Source: a virus
Direction: 5' to 3' (one strand)
Virus record (IMG/VR): IMGVR_UViG_3300042197_001179
Coordinates: 3,870 to 67,869 of that record
Length of the DNA: 64,000 bases
A program made the translations under genes and the position numbers. Below are positions 45,701-54,713 of this stretch, piece after piece. A model generated the notes under the pieces. It was not told the origin of the DNA. It did no database searches and saw only the letters and a program-made list of their open reading frames with translations. Numbering within the stretch: position 1 is the stretch's first letter; the number at the start of each line of letters is the position of its first letter.

Positions 45701-47263
45701 TTGCATTTGATTAGTTACAGTGGATAAAGCTTGATGAAGTATTTGAATTGAAAAAATCTTGACTAAGCTGCTAAATGTAATACCTACATTTAGAACTTTT
45801 TTATTTGATTTTTCAGCCGCTTCACCTAATTTAACAAAATCTTCACGTACTTGCGAGCCTAACTTAGCTTGTGCATTAGCTACTTGAACCAACTTTGCTT
45901 GCAGACCCGCTCTTACTCCGTCGTAATCATTAACGATGCCGTGGCTGACATCTTTCCAGATTTTAGCTACGAGTGCTGCAGTAAGATTGTTTGCTTTTAC
46001 AAACTCACGCAACGCTTTATTAGCTGCGTGAAGATTAAGGAATTCATCGCGTGTAGCCGTATCTCTACGTTGAGGCGTAATGTCAGCATCAACTACGGCC
46101 GTAGCTTCAAGAGCTTCACGATTTCTGCTAGCTTCAATAGCGGCTTTTTGTGCAGCTTTATTGCGTTTAGCAAGCTCAGCCTCAAAATCTTTTGTACGTT
46201 TAGCTTCAGCTTTAGCTTCACGCTCACGCAACTTTTCATCTTCGGCAGCACGTTTAGCGGCATCTTTTCTAGCAGCGTTACCTAAAGATTGTTGAGCATT
46301 GTGAAGATTAACTAAATGTTTCTGAACACCTGCTTCAACACCTTCATAATCTCGAATAATACCCTTAGTAACATCATCCCATATTTGGGACACTTTTTGA
46401 CTGCTGATATCATTGTCTTTAACAAATTCCCTAACTTTGCGATTTGCATCAAAAAGATCGAAAAGTTCATCAGGAGTAGCGGCTTTGAGACCTGATGCAG
46501 GTATGCTTTGATCTGTAATTGCGGTTGATCTAGACGCTTCAGCTTCACGCCGTAAGCTATCTATAGCATCCCGCTCAATCTTTTCACGTTTAGCGTACTC
46601 TTGTTTATACTGTTCAGTTAGTTTTTGTTCTTTAGCCAGTAGTTCAGTACCAATTGCATCACGAGTGTTTTTGTATTTTATAAGGGCATCTTGCACTTCC
46701 CTGTAAGCCCCTGTGTATATTTTCAATGTACCAGAAGCCACATCTCGCCACACGGCTAAAACTTGTGAGCCTGTCAGTCCGTGTGCTCGACCAATTTCAA
46801 TGATTCTGGCAATTTGATTCTTAACAGCAGCGGACTCTTTTTCAGTTGCAGCACTAAAGTCCACGCCAGATTGTAGCTCACGCTTAATTTTAGTGGCAGC
46901 GCGAGCGTTTTTAGTTTTAAGTGCTTGAGCATCTATAGCTTCTTGCAACTCTCGCTCAGCTTTAGCAGCAGCTTTAGCCTGTTTGGCTTGTTCTTTAACT
47001 AAGTTATTGTGTTCTTTAACTTGAATGTTGGCTAATGCTAAGGCACCCTCAACATCTTTTATAGTGAAAACAACTTCTTGGTTTGCAGATGTTACTGCTT
47101 TAATCTTAGCAGCTAAAAGCTCACCAGATTCCCCGAGAGTGACATTTTTTTCTACAACTTTTAGCTGCGTCCGGCTAAGTTTTTCCCAACCATCAACAAG
47201 ATCAGCAATAGCTTCAAGTAGATTGCTAGGATCGCCATTAAAATAGACTGTATCTTCTGCCAT
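42701..47263 (-). CDS. Tail tape measure protein
   Basis: 1520 aa, Ala/Lys/Glu-rich helical; TP901-like core; C-terminal GTDTVPAMLTPGEFVVNA. Confidence 0.92.
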   Translation of the reverse strand: MAEDTVYFNGDPSNLLEAIADLVDGWEKLSRTQLKVVEKNVTLGESGELLAAKIKAVTSANQEVVFTIKDVEGALALANIQVKEHNNLVKEQAKQAKAAAKAERELQEAIDAQALKTKNARAATKIKRELQSGVDFSAATEKESAAVKNQIARIIEIGRAHGLTGSQVLAVWRDVASGTLKIYTGAYREVQDALIKYKNTRDAIGTELLAKEQKLTEQYKQEYAKREKIERDAIDSLRREAEASRSTAITDQSIPASGLKAATPDELFDLFDANRKVREFVKDNDISSQKVSQIWDDVTKGIIRDYEGVEAGVQKHLVNLHNAQQSLGNAARKDAAKRAAEDEKLREREAKAEAKRTKDFEAELAKRNKAAQKAAIEASRNREALEATAVVDADITPQRRDTATRDEFLNLHAANKALREFVKANNLTAALVAKIWKDVSHGIVNDYDGVRAGLQAKLVQVANAQAKLGSQVREDFVKLGEAAEKSNKKVLNVGITFSSLVKIFSIQILHQALSTVTNQMQTMTREALKLQEALGQVLTLSPPLESYKAWNATIRELSDSFGVDIVEQTKSAYNTLSNQVIETSAAYAEFGRVVNEFALATGSSSSDAANLIESVMNAYRKDVSEATDIAAELFRTIDLGRVSASDMANSLGSIIILAKEAGLTTAELNSMIATLTIQGYTYSEAATQIRGVLIKVLKPTEEMSKLFKELGVTSGEAAISLYGFPGLLKQIESRTKGSSTEMAEFVDAIRGLSGLLGVTGDNAEVYRSTLEKLKDPMVSYDRAVKLTTENIGFQFRKAANEIRNVFIEDLAGSFLKTIYDMSGGFDGLIEVFKNTAKVITALLIPAVAALTLVVGRLTVAALKNPFIALTVGATLLIVKLVELANASRVAFEEKMKADLDNYVKAQQRAIKELEKNLENYSNKIKAGITLQTAEYIKATAERLKILNSESSKVSEIYADIIERVKESQSAALASFKSTIEASKTSLNDYLKLFENIDKLIGKNAKDTDADLFDLGLENLAPEEQVNAIVDRINKLRVDASGLAATGDLDGYKAIRDEVQQLFDRRKSILAAIAEENGLNLDTNQLAKELVALRKQEREELEKIKQIKLEEAIAEQKANLERIAVEAKFESLTKKAGKFDVDTIAKAETEDVATKEFEKQKVVLTELAALQEKLGFKDAAAETRLQLHASEEVFVNRINTLRLEAVEKETAQRIALAKTEIETQERAVKTYSAEIDAVNKTIEDFRLQSEGSINPRNANVLANQDSLFSRLLLDADEKDVFARMQQLGQAASVNNQFNEALKNPQDSAALIEAINNLLARAKIDGPEEQQLADSLTGLRDALKEIESKGGFKDLINLRDQAAKQLEELSKKFAETTGADTGGVKTYTETLKSSSESLSTAINLLNKAVEAQTEELRRQNALPPAKGFAAGGFVPRGTDTVPAMLTPGEFVVNAAAAQRFRTQLVHMNSFKPQYLSSGGSVDVGGIHITLQSSGNAQVDATQLGNMLHREIRAGRLKPLTGV

Positions 47264-47829
47264 TACTTAACCTCTCCTGTTGTGAGGTACTTTAACAATT
47301 CTTTCCCATCCAAAACTTCTCGTTTATGGCTGTTCCAATGATCTAGGAACGCTTCTCTACCCGCTTCTAAACTTTGCCACACTGGAGGACTGGGCACATT
47401 GCCTAAACCTTGCTCATTCAAGAAATGTTGCAATACAACTATCTTAAATTGAAATACTAGAAACGGGTGATCAACTGTGCCAAATTCAAACACATACGCA
47501 TCCTTACCTAAGCGCTCGCCCAGGGCTTTCGACCTGAACGGCGCGTTGTTGTTTGCAAAATCACCGTAAGCTTTAGTGTGTCCTTTTCGGATTCTTTTGC
47601 TAGGTGAGATGGCATTCAACGTAGTTTTGAATTTAACTTTAGCTGCTAATGGATAGAGTGAAGCTATTGACATTCCAGTGTCAACAACAATGTTATGTGC
47701 AGTGGCTTCTAAAAAAGCTAAAAGTGAATCTTTCCAAAGTTCAACTATTTTTCGATAAAAAATTTCTTTTGCGATCTTTTTAGACCTACGTGTTCCGAAT
47801 GAGCGAGAAGATTTTATGGTAACTTTCAT
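47263..47829 (-). CDS. Hypothetical tail/neck protein
   Basis: VVDTG.S motif; coupled to both neighbours. Confidence 0.55.
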   Translation of the reverse strand: MKVTIKSSRSFGTRRSKKIAKEIFYRKIVELWKDSLLAFLEATAHNIVVDTGMSIASLYPLAAKVKFKTTLNAISPSKRIRKGHTKAYGDFANNNAPFRSKALGERLGKDAYVFEFGTVDHPFLVFQFKIVVLQHFLNEQGLGNVPSPPVWQSLEAGREAFLDHWNSHKREVLDGKELLKYLTTGEVK

Positions 47830-48505
47830 CTTGCCACCGCCTTTAGCATGTTTTCAAGCTTTTTATGCTCGTACTCAGCTATTTCGTAATCTCTAATTTG
47901 ATTATACGCAATGAGTTGAGCCTTAACCCATACACTGCAGTCATCCCATTTAGAGGCTACGTCCGGTGGCAATATACCAAATCTTTCACACGCTTTCCAA
48001 ATAGCGTAAGTCTCTGTACGGAACTCAGGCAGGGTTACGCGACGTTGGCCGCTGCCAGAGTAGCTAAAAAATCATTTGTAGCTCGCTCAATAGCTTCTTC
48101 ATTCAAACCATTGATTCGAACAATTTGATCAATTAAATGACGAATCTCGCCGGGAGTGAGTGCTTCACTGAGTTCAGTTTGGTAATTTCCCCAAGTAGTA
48201 GGGTCAGAATCTTTAACAGTTTCCCACTCTAAATCAGGTGTAGCTGATAAAGATTGCAATGTCATCCAATGCATTTTAGCTTCAGCCCACTTTTGCACCG
48301 AGTCTTTATAGTCTTTGTCGGTCACATCCAACTGTTGAATGCCGCCGGGCAAAGTCTTGATGGGTGGTGTTGGCGAGGGAAAAAGCTTAGCAAAGACGTC
48401 AAAATTGATGACAGCTTTAACCTTGAATCGAAGTGCCTCATTTTCGTTACGAGGAAAAACGACCCACTTTTCAGGAACACCAAACTTACGACCAGAAATC
48501 TTCAT
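47826..48505 (-). CDS. Tail assembly chaperone, long form via -1 frameshift (gpGT-like)
   Basis: Slippery T-TTT-TTA at 48065-48071; the -1 frame is open (…LPEFRTETYAIWKACERFG…) to a TGA overlapping the next ATG. Confidence 0.8.
48035..48505 (-). CDS. Tail assembly chaperone (gpG-like)
   Basis: Between major tail and tape measure genes. Confidence 0.8.
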   Translation of the reverse strand: MKISGRKFGVPEKWVVFPRNENEALRFKVKAVINFDVFAKLFPSPTPPIKTLPGGIQQLDVTDKDYKDSVQKWAEAKMHWMTLQSLSATPDLEWETVKDSDPTTWGNYQTELSEALTPGEIRHLIDQIVRINGLNEEAIERATNDFLATLAAANVA

Positions 48506-48533
48506 AACACTATACCCTTTCCTGAACTAGAAC

Positions 48534-49013
48534 TTAGGAATAGGCTTCCACAGTGGCAGCCTTAATGTTGCACTTGCCGGTGAAGGAGAACGTACCAGCT
48601 CGCATATCAAAATCTACTTGCTCCCAACGGAAGTCAGCCAACGTGATTTTGGCTCCGCCGCCAGCACAGTTGGGGTCGTAAGTGACGACAATGTCGCACG
48701 CGTAAGGGCGACAAGCGTCCGTGTCGCTGGAGACGTAAGAGTCAAGACCCTTAATGATTGGGACAGGTGAAGTGCTGCCGGTGATAGATTCCCACACAGC
48801 ATCAAGACGCACGTCGACAGGTGCTTCATCACCTTCACGCACTTCACTTAAAGCGCCACCATCTAAGGTGTACTCGATATTGCGACGTTCGGTCCAAGTC
48901 AAGTTACCTTCACCTAACTTAACAACCACCTTGGTGTTGGCGCCGTCAATCAACTCAATAGTAGCAAACTTAAGGTCCAACTGAGCAAAAACACTGATGA
49001 AAACGCGAGTCAT
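48534..49013 (-). CDS. Major tail tube protein with N-terminal leader MTRVFISVF
   Basis: Position, beta-rich, GEGNLTWTE. Confidence 0.75.
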   Translation of the reverse strand: MTRVFISVFAQLDLKFATIELIDGANTKVVVKLGEGNLTWTERRNIEYTLDGGALSEVREGDEAPVDVRLDAVWESITGSTSPVPIIKGLDSYVSSDTDACRPYACDIVVTYDPNCAGGGAKITLADFRWEQVDFDMRAGTFSFTGKCNIKAATVEAYS

Positions 49014-49468
49014 GTGTAGCTCCCTGAGCTAGAGGTTAGATCGATCTCGTACACGGTTTCTACTGTTGCTTGAAGAGCGTGTATTGCAGGAGAATGTTGA
49101 CCGTAGTGTGTAACATTAATCTCTGAAACACGTCGTAAGCAACCTATTGATGAGCCATCATCAACAACAGTATCCCCATATTTGAAAATTTCGATTGTGG
49201 AATTTAAGATTTCTAATAAAATCCCTATTTGTTTTTGTAATTTGTATAGGTCCTCTCCAACATATTCTTGCACTAAGAAGTTGACCTCAATAGTAGCTTC
49301 CCAAAAATTATTTTGGGTATTTGCAAAATGAGGCCCGTTAATACGGAGTTCAACATAGTTGATTACGGTATCTTCTCTAGGTTGACCCTCCACAAAGAAC
49401 TGGGAAAGTGTATTTGACACGTGCTTACAAATCGAGCTTTGAATCCATTTAGGCCAGTTCTTATTCAT
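49010..49468 (-). CDS. Tail terminator-like protein
   Basis: Position immediately before the tail tube gene; size. Confidence 0.55.
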   Translation of the reverse strand: MNKNWPKWIQSSICKHVSNTLSQFFVEGQPREDTVINYVELRINGPHFANTQNNFWEATIEVNFLVQEYVGEDLYKLQKQIGILLEILNSTIEIFKYGDTVVDDGSSIGCLRRVSEINVTHYGQHSPAIHALQATVETVYEIDLTSSSGSYT

Positions 49469-49860
49469 TCACTAGCTTTCAAAGTTAAAAGGTACGCAGA
49501 TTGATCTTCCGTTTGATCAATGGACTTAATTACGTACCGAACATCCTTACAAATGACAGCCCAACTTATTTTAGGTGGGCCAAATTTTATTAAGTCTCGT
49601 GCGTCTAGAATCAAAAGCTTAGTAGTGGTGTGAATCAAACCTCCATAATTAAAATTAGCTTTTATATTGGATTCTTCAAAAATGTTTCTTCCTTGAGTTA
49701 AAACGCCGCGTATTTTTAAGGTATCACTATCTTTAACAACTTGACCTGTTTGAAAATCTGTAACAGTGTTATACGGCTTGACTAAAGTGACTGTCACACC
49801 GTACAATCTTTTTAATTTATACACAATGCTATCTATGAATTTAAGATTATTCCTGTACAT
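49465..49860 (-). CDS. Head closure/head-tail joining protein
   Basis: YG..VTL, D..TG, RY.I..I pattern; position. Confidence 0.6.
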   Translation of the reverse strand: MYRNNLKFIDSIVYKLKRLYGVTVTLVKPYNTVTDFQTGQVVKDSDTLKIRGVLTQGRNIFEESNIKANFNYGGLIHTTTKLLILDARDLIKFGPPKISWAVICKDVRYVIKSIDQTEDQSAYLLTLKASE

Positions 49861-50239
49861 GGTAAGTTTCCGTTGGCAGTGTAGAGTGTGCTTTATTATT
49901 AACCACTAAAACTAACAACGCACCTAACACGGTTGTCAAAATGGCTCCAACCATACCATACACAATCAATTTAACAGGTTTGAATTCTTCACTGGTAACA
50001 CAATTTGTTAAAGTTTTTGACTGTACTTCTTGCGTACTTTTTATTAGTGCTAATTGGGCAACAATGCCTAATCCATCTTGAGGCATTAAAACATCTGTTA
50101 AACGCTCCACACTTTCAGTTAAATGCCTGACCGCAGTTTTAGTTTCCTCCAACTCTTTTCGGAGATTGTGGAAATCTTCTTCACGTTGCGTGTGAAGGCT
50201 TCTCAATGCATCTGCAATTATTTCTTGGAGTCGTGACAT
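49847..50239 (-). CDS. Coiled-coil protein with C-terminal membrane helix (holin-like)
   Basis: EEFKPVKLIVYGMVGAILTTVLGALLVLVV. Confidence 0.55.
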   Translation of the reverse strand: MSRLQEIIADALRSLHTQREEDFHNLRKELEETKTAVRHLTESVERLTDVLMPQDGLGIVAQLALIKSTQEVQSKTLTNCVTSEEFKPVKLIVYGMVGAILTTVLGALLVLVVNNKAHSTLPTETYHVQE

Positions 50240-50268
50240 TGACGCCTTTCCTGATTAAGGGTAAAACC

Positions 50269-50294
50269 GCTTGAGAGACTTTCGTCTCTCAAGC
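50269..50294 (-). terminator. Stem-loop downstream of the capsid gene
   Basis: GCTTGAGAGAC-GAAA-GTCTCTCAAGC on the minus strand, followed by GGTTTT. Confidence 0.75.
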
Positions 50295-50312
50295 AGTGAA
50301 TCAGGAAAGGGT

Positions 50313-51704
50313 TTAGCCAGCGACGATAACACCGAGATTAGTGTCAAGAGTCTTGACACCTGCCAGCAAGTCCACCGTGACACGGTGGCCCTGAGCCTGG
50401 CCATCGTAAGTGATTACGACGCGGAGACCGATGCCGTTTTCATCGACAATCGCCGAACGAGCGCCAGTGCCGTCAGCAGGACGCGCGAGGGGACGAGTGA
50501 CGAGTGCAATGGCATTTCGGTGACCCATGAAGCCGTAGTCACCAGCCGGACCTAAGCCTAACACCGCATCATCCGCAAGAGCAGCGTCGAGAGGACGATT
50601 CAGCGTAAGGGCCGTGGCGGAGGGGCTGCTGATTCCGGTAACAGCGCCGTAGTTCTTCACGGCCGCAGCAGTCGTACCGTAGCTGACAAGCTGACCAATC
50701 TGCGGAGAGACGGTAACGCCGTCAATCACGAGATTCTTGGCATAGCCAGCAGCGTAACCTGCCGCAAGATTGACCTTAGCGGGCTTGATAACGGTGACAA
50801 CAGCGTTGTCCACCACAGCATACGTCAGACCGGTGGCCAGTACAACAGCAGTGGTGTTACCAGCAGTTTCAGTTGTGCTAGTGATTAAGCGAGGAAGATT
50901 ATCACCAGCGATCGTCAGCCACGAACCAGCGGTTAAGGCTCCAGTGAAACCGTCAACCGTGATTGAGGTAGTGCCAGCAGCGTAGCCAGAGGCGTTGTTA
51001 ACAGCACCAGTAACAACGGCACCGGACGCAGCTTCAATCAAGCGGAAATTCTGCGACATGTAATTGTCGACATTCAGAACTCGACCAATTTCAGCGAGGC
51101 GCATGGCTTCACCGCCGTCACCACGCTTGTCCGCTTGAATGAAATCGTCAATACCAAGCAGCTTACCCTTCATAGAAGGGGACCAGATGGCGTAACGACC
51201 CATTTGAGGACACAGCTGCGTGTCCAGCTTACCCACAGCGTCAATAATGGTCTGACGAGTAGGAGCAGTGCCGAGCTTACCAACAATGTTACCGAGGAAC
51301 TCGTAACGCTGACCTGCGAGAGATTCATCAATCGCCTGAGCAATACCCTGCATAGCAGGCGCAAGGTACGCATCTCGGAGCGAGATCATACCACGAGACT
51401 CTTCACCATCCTTGATTACGAAGGTGACGTGGTAGTGCATGTTAAGCTGGACAGGCACATTTTCAGCTGAAGCAGCCTGCTCAGTCACATTGTCGGTATC
51501 AGTTTTACGCACACCGACGAACTTAGCGGGACGTCGAGTGTTGACCGTATCACCGAAAGACGCGACAGATGCACTGAAATCACGGTGCACTTGCTGAGCT
51601 ACAACAAGATTTTCATTGAGGACCATTAACGATTCAGCTGCCCAAATCTCGGGAACAAAAGCGTCCAGAGAATTGGCAAAAACGGTGTACCAAGTGCGTT
51701 GCAT
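50313..51704 (-). CDS. Major capsid protein (P22-coat-like HK97 fold) with N-terminal leader MQRTWYTVF
   Basis: PEIWA.E, VHRDF...FGDTVN, HRNAIALVTRPL, DLLAGVK; AAGGA RBS before ATG 51704. Confidence 0.9.
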   Translation of the reverse strand: MQRTWYTVFANSLDAFVPEIWAAESLMVLNENLVVAQQVHRDFSASVASFGDTVNTRRPAKFVGVRKTDTDNVTEQAASAENVPVQLNMHYHVTFVIKDGEESRGMISLRDAYLAPAMQGIAQAIDESLAGQRYEFLGNIVGKLGTAPTRQTIIDAVGKLDTQLCPQMGRYAIWSPSMKGKLLGIDDFIQADKRGDGGEAMRLAEIGRVLNVDNYMSQNFRLIEAASGAVVTGAVNNASGYAAGTTSITVDGFTGALTAGSWLTIAGDNLPRLITSTTETAGNTTAVVLATGLTYAVVDNAVVTVIKPAKVNLAAGYAAGYAKNLVIDGVTVSPQIGQLVSYGTTAAAVKNYGAVTGISSPSATALTLNRPLDAALADDAVLGLGPAGDYGFMGHRNAIALVTRPLARPADGTGARSAIVDENGIGLRVVITYDGQAQGHRVTVDLLAGVKTLDTNLGVIVAG

Positions 51705-51720
51705 TTGTAGTGTTCCTTTC

Positions 51721-52506
51721 TTAGGAGAGTTTGATCTTGCCTTCACGACGGAGACGCATGTACTCCGACATATCACGTTGAGCAATACTTACGGCGTCCA
51801 TCTTACCATTTAAGCCAGAACGATTAGTGCCTCCAACGCCACCCCTACTATCAATCTTAAAAAGATTCTGGTACTTTTCCATTTCCTTCATACGCTTCAC
51901 AGCTTCAGCCGGAGAAAGTTCCAGTTCAGTAGGTTTGCCTTTGGAGTCAAAATCGGAAAATTTAACAATCGGCTTGTATTGTCCCGTTGGACGCCCATCA
52001 TCAAGAACCTCTACAAGACGAGTGTTGGGCTGCAAAATAGCGGTGATTTGTTCACTAGAGAACGCTTGCTGATCATTCGCCGCATCGGCAATAGCCCGAA
52101 GAATAGTCGAAGTCTCGTGACGAGTTTTCCAAGAGTCGCGCTCTTTCGACAGTGTGTCAAGTTCTTCTTTGTGCTTGCGTTGAGCTTTCTCCAAATCCTT
52201 TTTAGCCAGTTCCTCTTTAGTCAATAAACTGCGACTCATCTCTTGGAGGCGCGCATCTAACTCATCACGTTCCTGTTGAGTGAGTTGTGAGCGAGCCTTA
52301 AGAGCCTCAACCTCAGCTAACGTATTTTGAATAGCGGATTGATGCTTTTTGCGATCCTCCGCTAACATTGCGTTAAGCTGTTCTTGAGTGTAAGTTTTGG
52401 TGGGCTTATCTTGCGGAGGTGTAGGAGGCGTAGGAGGATTTTGAGGATTGCCGTCAGCGTCATCAAAGACAGTGTACCAGACACGATTCATTAAAAAACG
52501 ATTCAT
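51721..52506 (-). CDS. Capsid scaffolding protein with N-terminal leader MNRFLMNRVWYTVF
   Basis: Pro-rich start, KTYTQEQLN, coiled coil, NLFK...GG.G; directly upstream of the capsid gene. Confidence 0.85.
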   Translation of the reverse strand: MNRFLMNRVWYTVFDDADGNPQNPPTPPTPPQDKPTKTYTQEQLNAMLAEDRKKHQSAIQNTLAEVEALKARSQLTQQERDELDARLQEMSRSLLTKEELAKKDLEKAQRKHKEELDTLSKERDSWKTRHETSTILRAIADAANDQQAFSSEQITAILQPNTRLVEVLDDGRPTGQYKPIVKFSDFDSKGKPTELELSPAEAVKRMKEMEKYQNLFKIDSRGGVGGTNRSGLNGKMDAVSIAQRDMSEYMRLRREGKIKLS

Positions 52507-52522
52507 AATCAGTTAGCTCCAA

Positions 52523-52984
52523 TCAAGAGATTCTGCTTAACCTCACACCGTGTGGGTCGCGCAGGTACGGCCTTAAATATCTCCAAGCAACACTGCTTGG
52601 CACACCGGCCATTATATGTTCTACATCACCGTGCTTGTAAGTGGCTTTAACATTTCCGTAGGTTTGAGATTCCATTCTAAGGGCTTCCATTTCTCGTTCA
52701 GGATCAACACCACTTAATAAAGATAGGGCTATTTCACAGCACGCAATTTTTACATCATTAGGTATTTCAGTTTCAGGGTAACGTGGGAATTGATTATTCT
52801 GCTCTGGATCTGTTTTACTGCCTTGGAAATTTAATCTATTGATAATGTTTGTTGCCATTTTAAGTGATTTGGTTTTATCACTTAACTCAGAATCATCCCA
52901 AACAATTGTCTCAAGTCTAGTACTGAAGTACTCTTCAGCTTCATCCACATCTAAATAAGGAGTAATTTCAAGCACTAGCTTCAC
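52523..52984 (-). CDS. Head-tail adaptor (DnaT-like family)
   Basis: Y..V.EA..YF, FQG.K....Q...FPR, IP.DVK.ACCE.A. Confidence 0.75.
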   Translation of the reverse strand: MKLVLEITPYLDVDEAEEYFSTRLETIVWDDSELSDKTKSLKMATNIINRLNFQGSKTDPEQNNQFPRYPETEIPNDVKIACCEIALSLLSGVDPEREMEALRMESQTYGNVKATYKHGDVEHIMAGVPSSVAWRYLRPYLRDPHGVRLSRIS

Positions 52985-54713
52985 CTCTTACTTTCTTTTC
53001 TGCTTCAGCAGAATTATCAGCGGATTGAGAAATGGTCTTTTCTTTTTTAGCTGAATCTGCGGAAGAATCTAAATCAGCCACACCTCTGGCAGCTGCTGAG
53101 CTTTGCGCCAAAGCAATCCTAGCAGCACGCTCCGCATGATCTTTCTTAGCTTGCTCAACTTCACCTTTAGGATATCCGCGAAGTAAGCTGGCCGTTTCAG
53201 TACCTACAAACCCTGCTTCGTGATCACTTCTCAAAGTATTGGGGTCAACATCAATTAAAACAGCCTCTTCCAGCTCTTTGTGAATTTGTTTAATTGTAGC
53301 ATAATCAACTTTATTAGCGATTAAAGTGTCTACAATACGTTTAGCCATTTCTATTTGAAAAGTTTTAGAGGGCAATGTAGGTAACACTTCACGCAGTGCC
53401 TTAGATTTTTCTAATCTTTGTTCATCTGTTACTAATGAATAATTATTGGGGTATGCTATTGTGATTGGTTCAGAATAATTTTCGTATTCTGCCCAAATTT
53501 CAGCAATTCTACGCTCACAATGTTCTAACTCTAATCCAATATTAGACAATCCTTCTTCTTTGCCTTGCTGGTCTTTTTCTTTGCTTATAGCTGAGGCGTT
53601 TCTGGATGTTATGTTAGTCAGTGTTAGACCTATAAGTTGTCGCATTTCTTGCTTAAGAACTTCTTGCTTCTCCATCGAAACCCTTAATGGGTCTGGTGAC
53701 GGATTAATGAACGCAGGACGTTCTAAGCCTCTTGCGTACTTACGACCGTGAGTCACACCAATATCCAGATTATTTGTTTTTGCTTTGTTAGCCTGCGATG
53801 AATTACCTTCAGGGGAACTTTCAGCATCTAAAGAAAGTGGATTATCATCCACAGCCGACCTTAAAAATTGTGAAATTTCAGCTGAAGGATTGTACTGTTC
53901 TGTGTAGAATGGGAAATTGCTTTTTTGGGCATAGTTCATATCAGAAGACGCCAATTGCAGTGAAGCAATTTGATAATCTGCTACGTCCTCTAATAAAGAC
54001 TGCCCAATATCCGCCAAAACAAAAGGTATTCTACGCAAAGTGAGTATGTTCGCGCGTTCAAGTAGTTCAACACCATCAGCATCAAAGAATTGTACGCTCA
54101 CACCATCAGGCACTAAGCGGTAGAGCCTGTACTCATGTTTTGTGTCTGTTACAAGATTAGTCTCTTCATCGACTACATCTACAGTATCACGCAACAGGAG
54201 CGTTGTGAAGTTGCCGAATCTGTCTTGCTGCCAACTTCTAATATCTTCCGCTTTATAGATGTACAAGTACGGTCGAATCTTTTTAGAGTCGGCCTTAGTC
54301 ATTTTAGGATCAACTGGATCGTTATCAACATAGATGCCAACACGTTCAAGAGTAATTAACTCAGGCAAAACACGTTGACCTATGAAACTATTCATCGTGT
54401 TGCCATGATAATCTACCCCACCTAACTCACCACGACAAGCACGTTGATAAGATTCAGGACCATTGATTCTTGTGATGTCTGTCATTCGCTGATAAATTGC
54501 ATTTTTAATGTCTAAAATAGCTGCTTTAGCGTGCGCAGGACTGTAACTTATGTTTTTACGCAGTGCGAAATCAATATCATCTTCACGCGAACTGAACTTT
54601 TCCAAGTACTTGACAACAAAATCAGCCCCACTTATAAACACATCACGGAATTTCACCCATTGGTGAATTCTTGAAGTGTAGTAAGGGTGTTGTGTTGATG
54701 CTATATTTATCAT
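52968..54713 (-). CDS. Portal protein
   Basis: 581 aa after the terminase; HP.Y, RPYL..Y.AEDIRSW, IPFV. Confidence 0.85.
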   Translation of the reverse strand: MINIASTQHPYYTSRIHQWVKFRDVFISGADFVVKYLEKFSSREDDIDFALRKNISYSPAHAKAAILDIKNAIYQRMTDITRINGPESYQRACRGELGGVDYHGNTMNSFIGQRVLPELITLERVGIYVDNDPVDPKMTKADSKKIRPYLYIYKAEDIRSWQQDRFGNFTTLLLRDTVDVVDEETNLVTDTKHEYRLYRLVPDGVSVQFFDADGVELLERANILTLRRIPFVLADIGQSLLEDVADYQIASLQLASSDMNYAQKSNFPFYTEQYNPSAEISQFLRSAVDDNPLSLDAESSPEGNSSQANKAKTNNLDIGVTHGRKYARGLERPAFINPSPDPLRVSMEKQEVLKQEMRQLIGLTLTNITSRNASAISKEKDQQGKEEGLSNIGLELEHCERRIAEIWAEYENYSEPITIAYPNNYSLVTDEQRLEKSKALREVLPTLPSKTFQIEMAKRIVDTLIANKVDYATIKQIHKELEEAVLIDVDPNTLRSDHEAGFVGTETASLLRGYPKGEVEQAKKDHAERAARIALAQSSAAARGVADLDSSADSAKKEKTISQSADNSAEAEKKVRGEASA

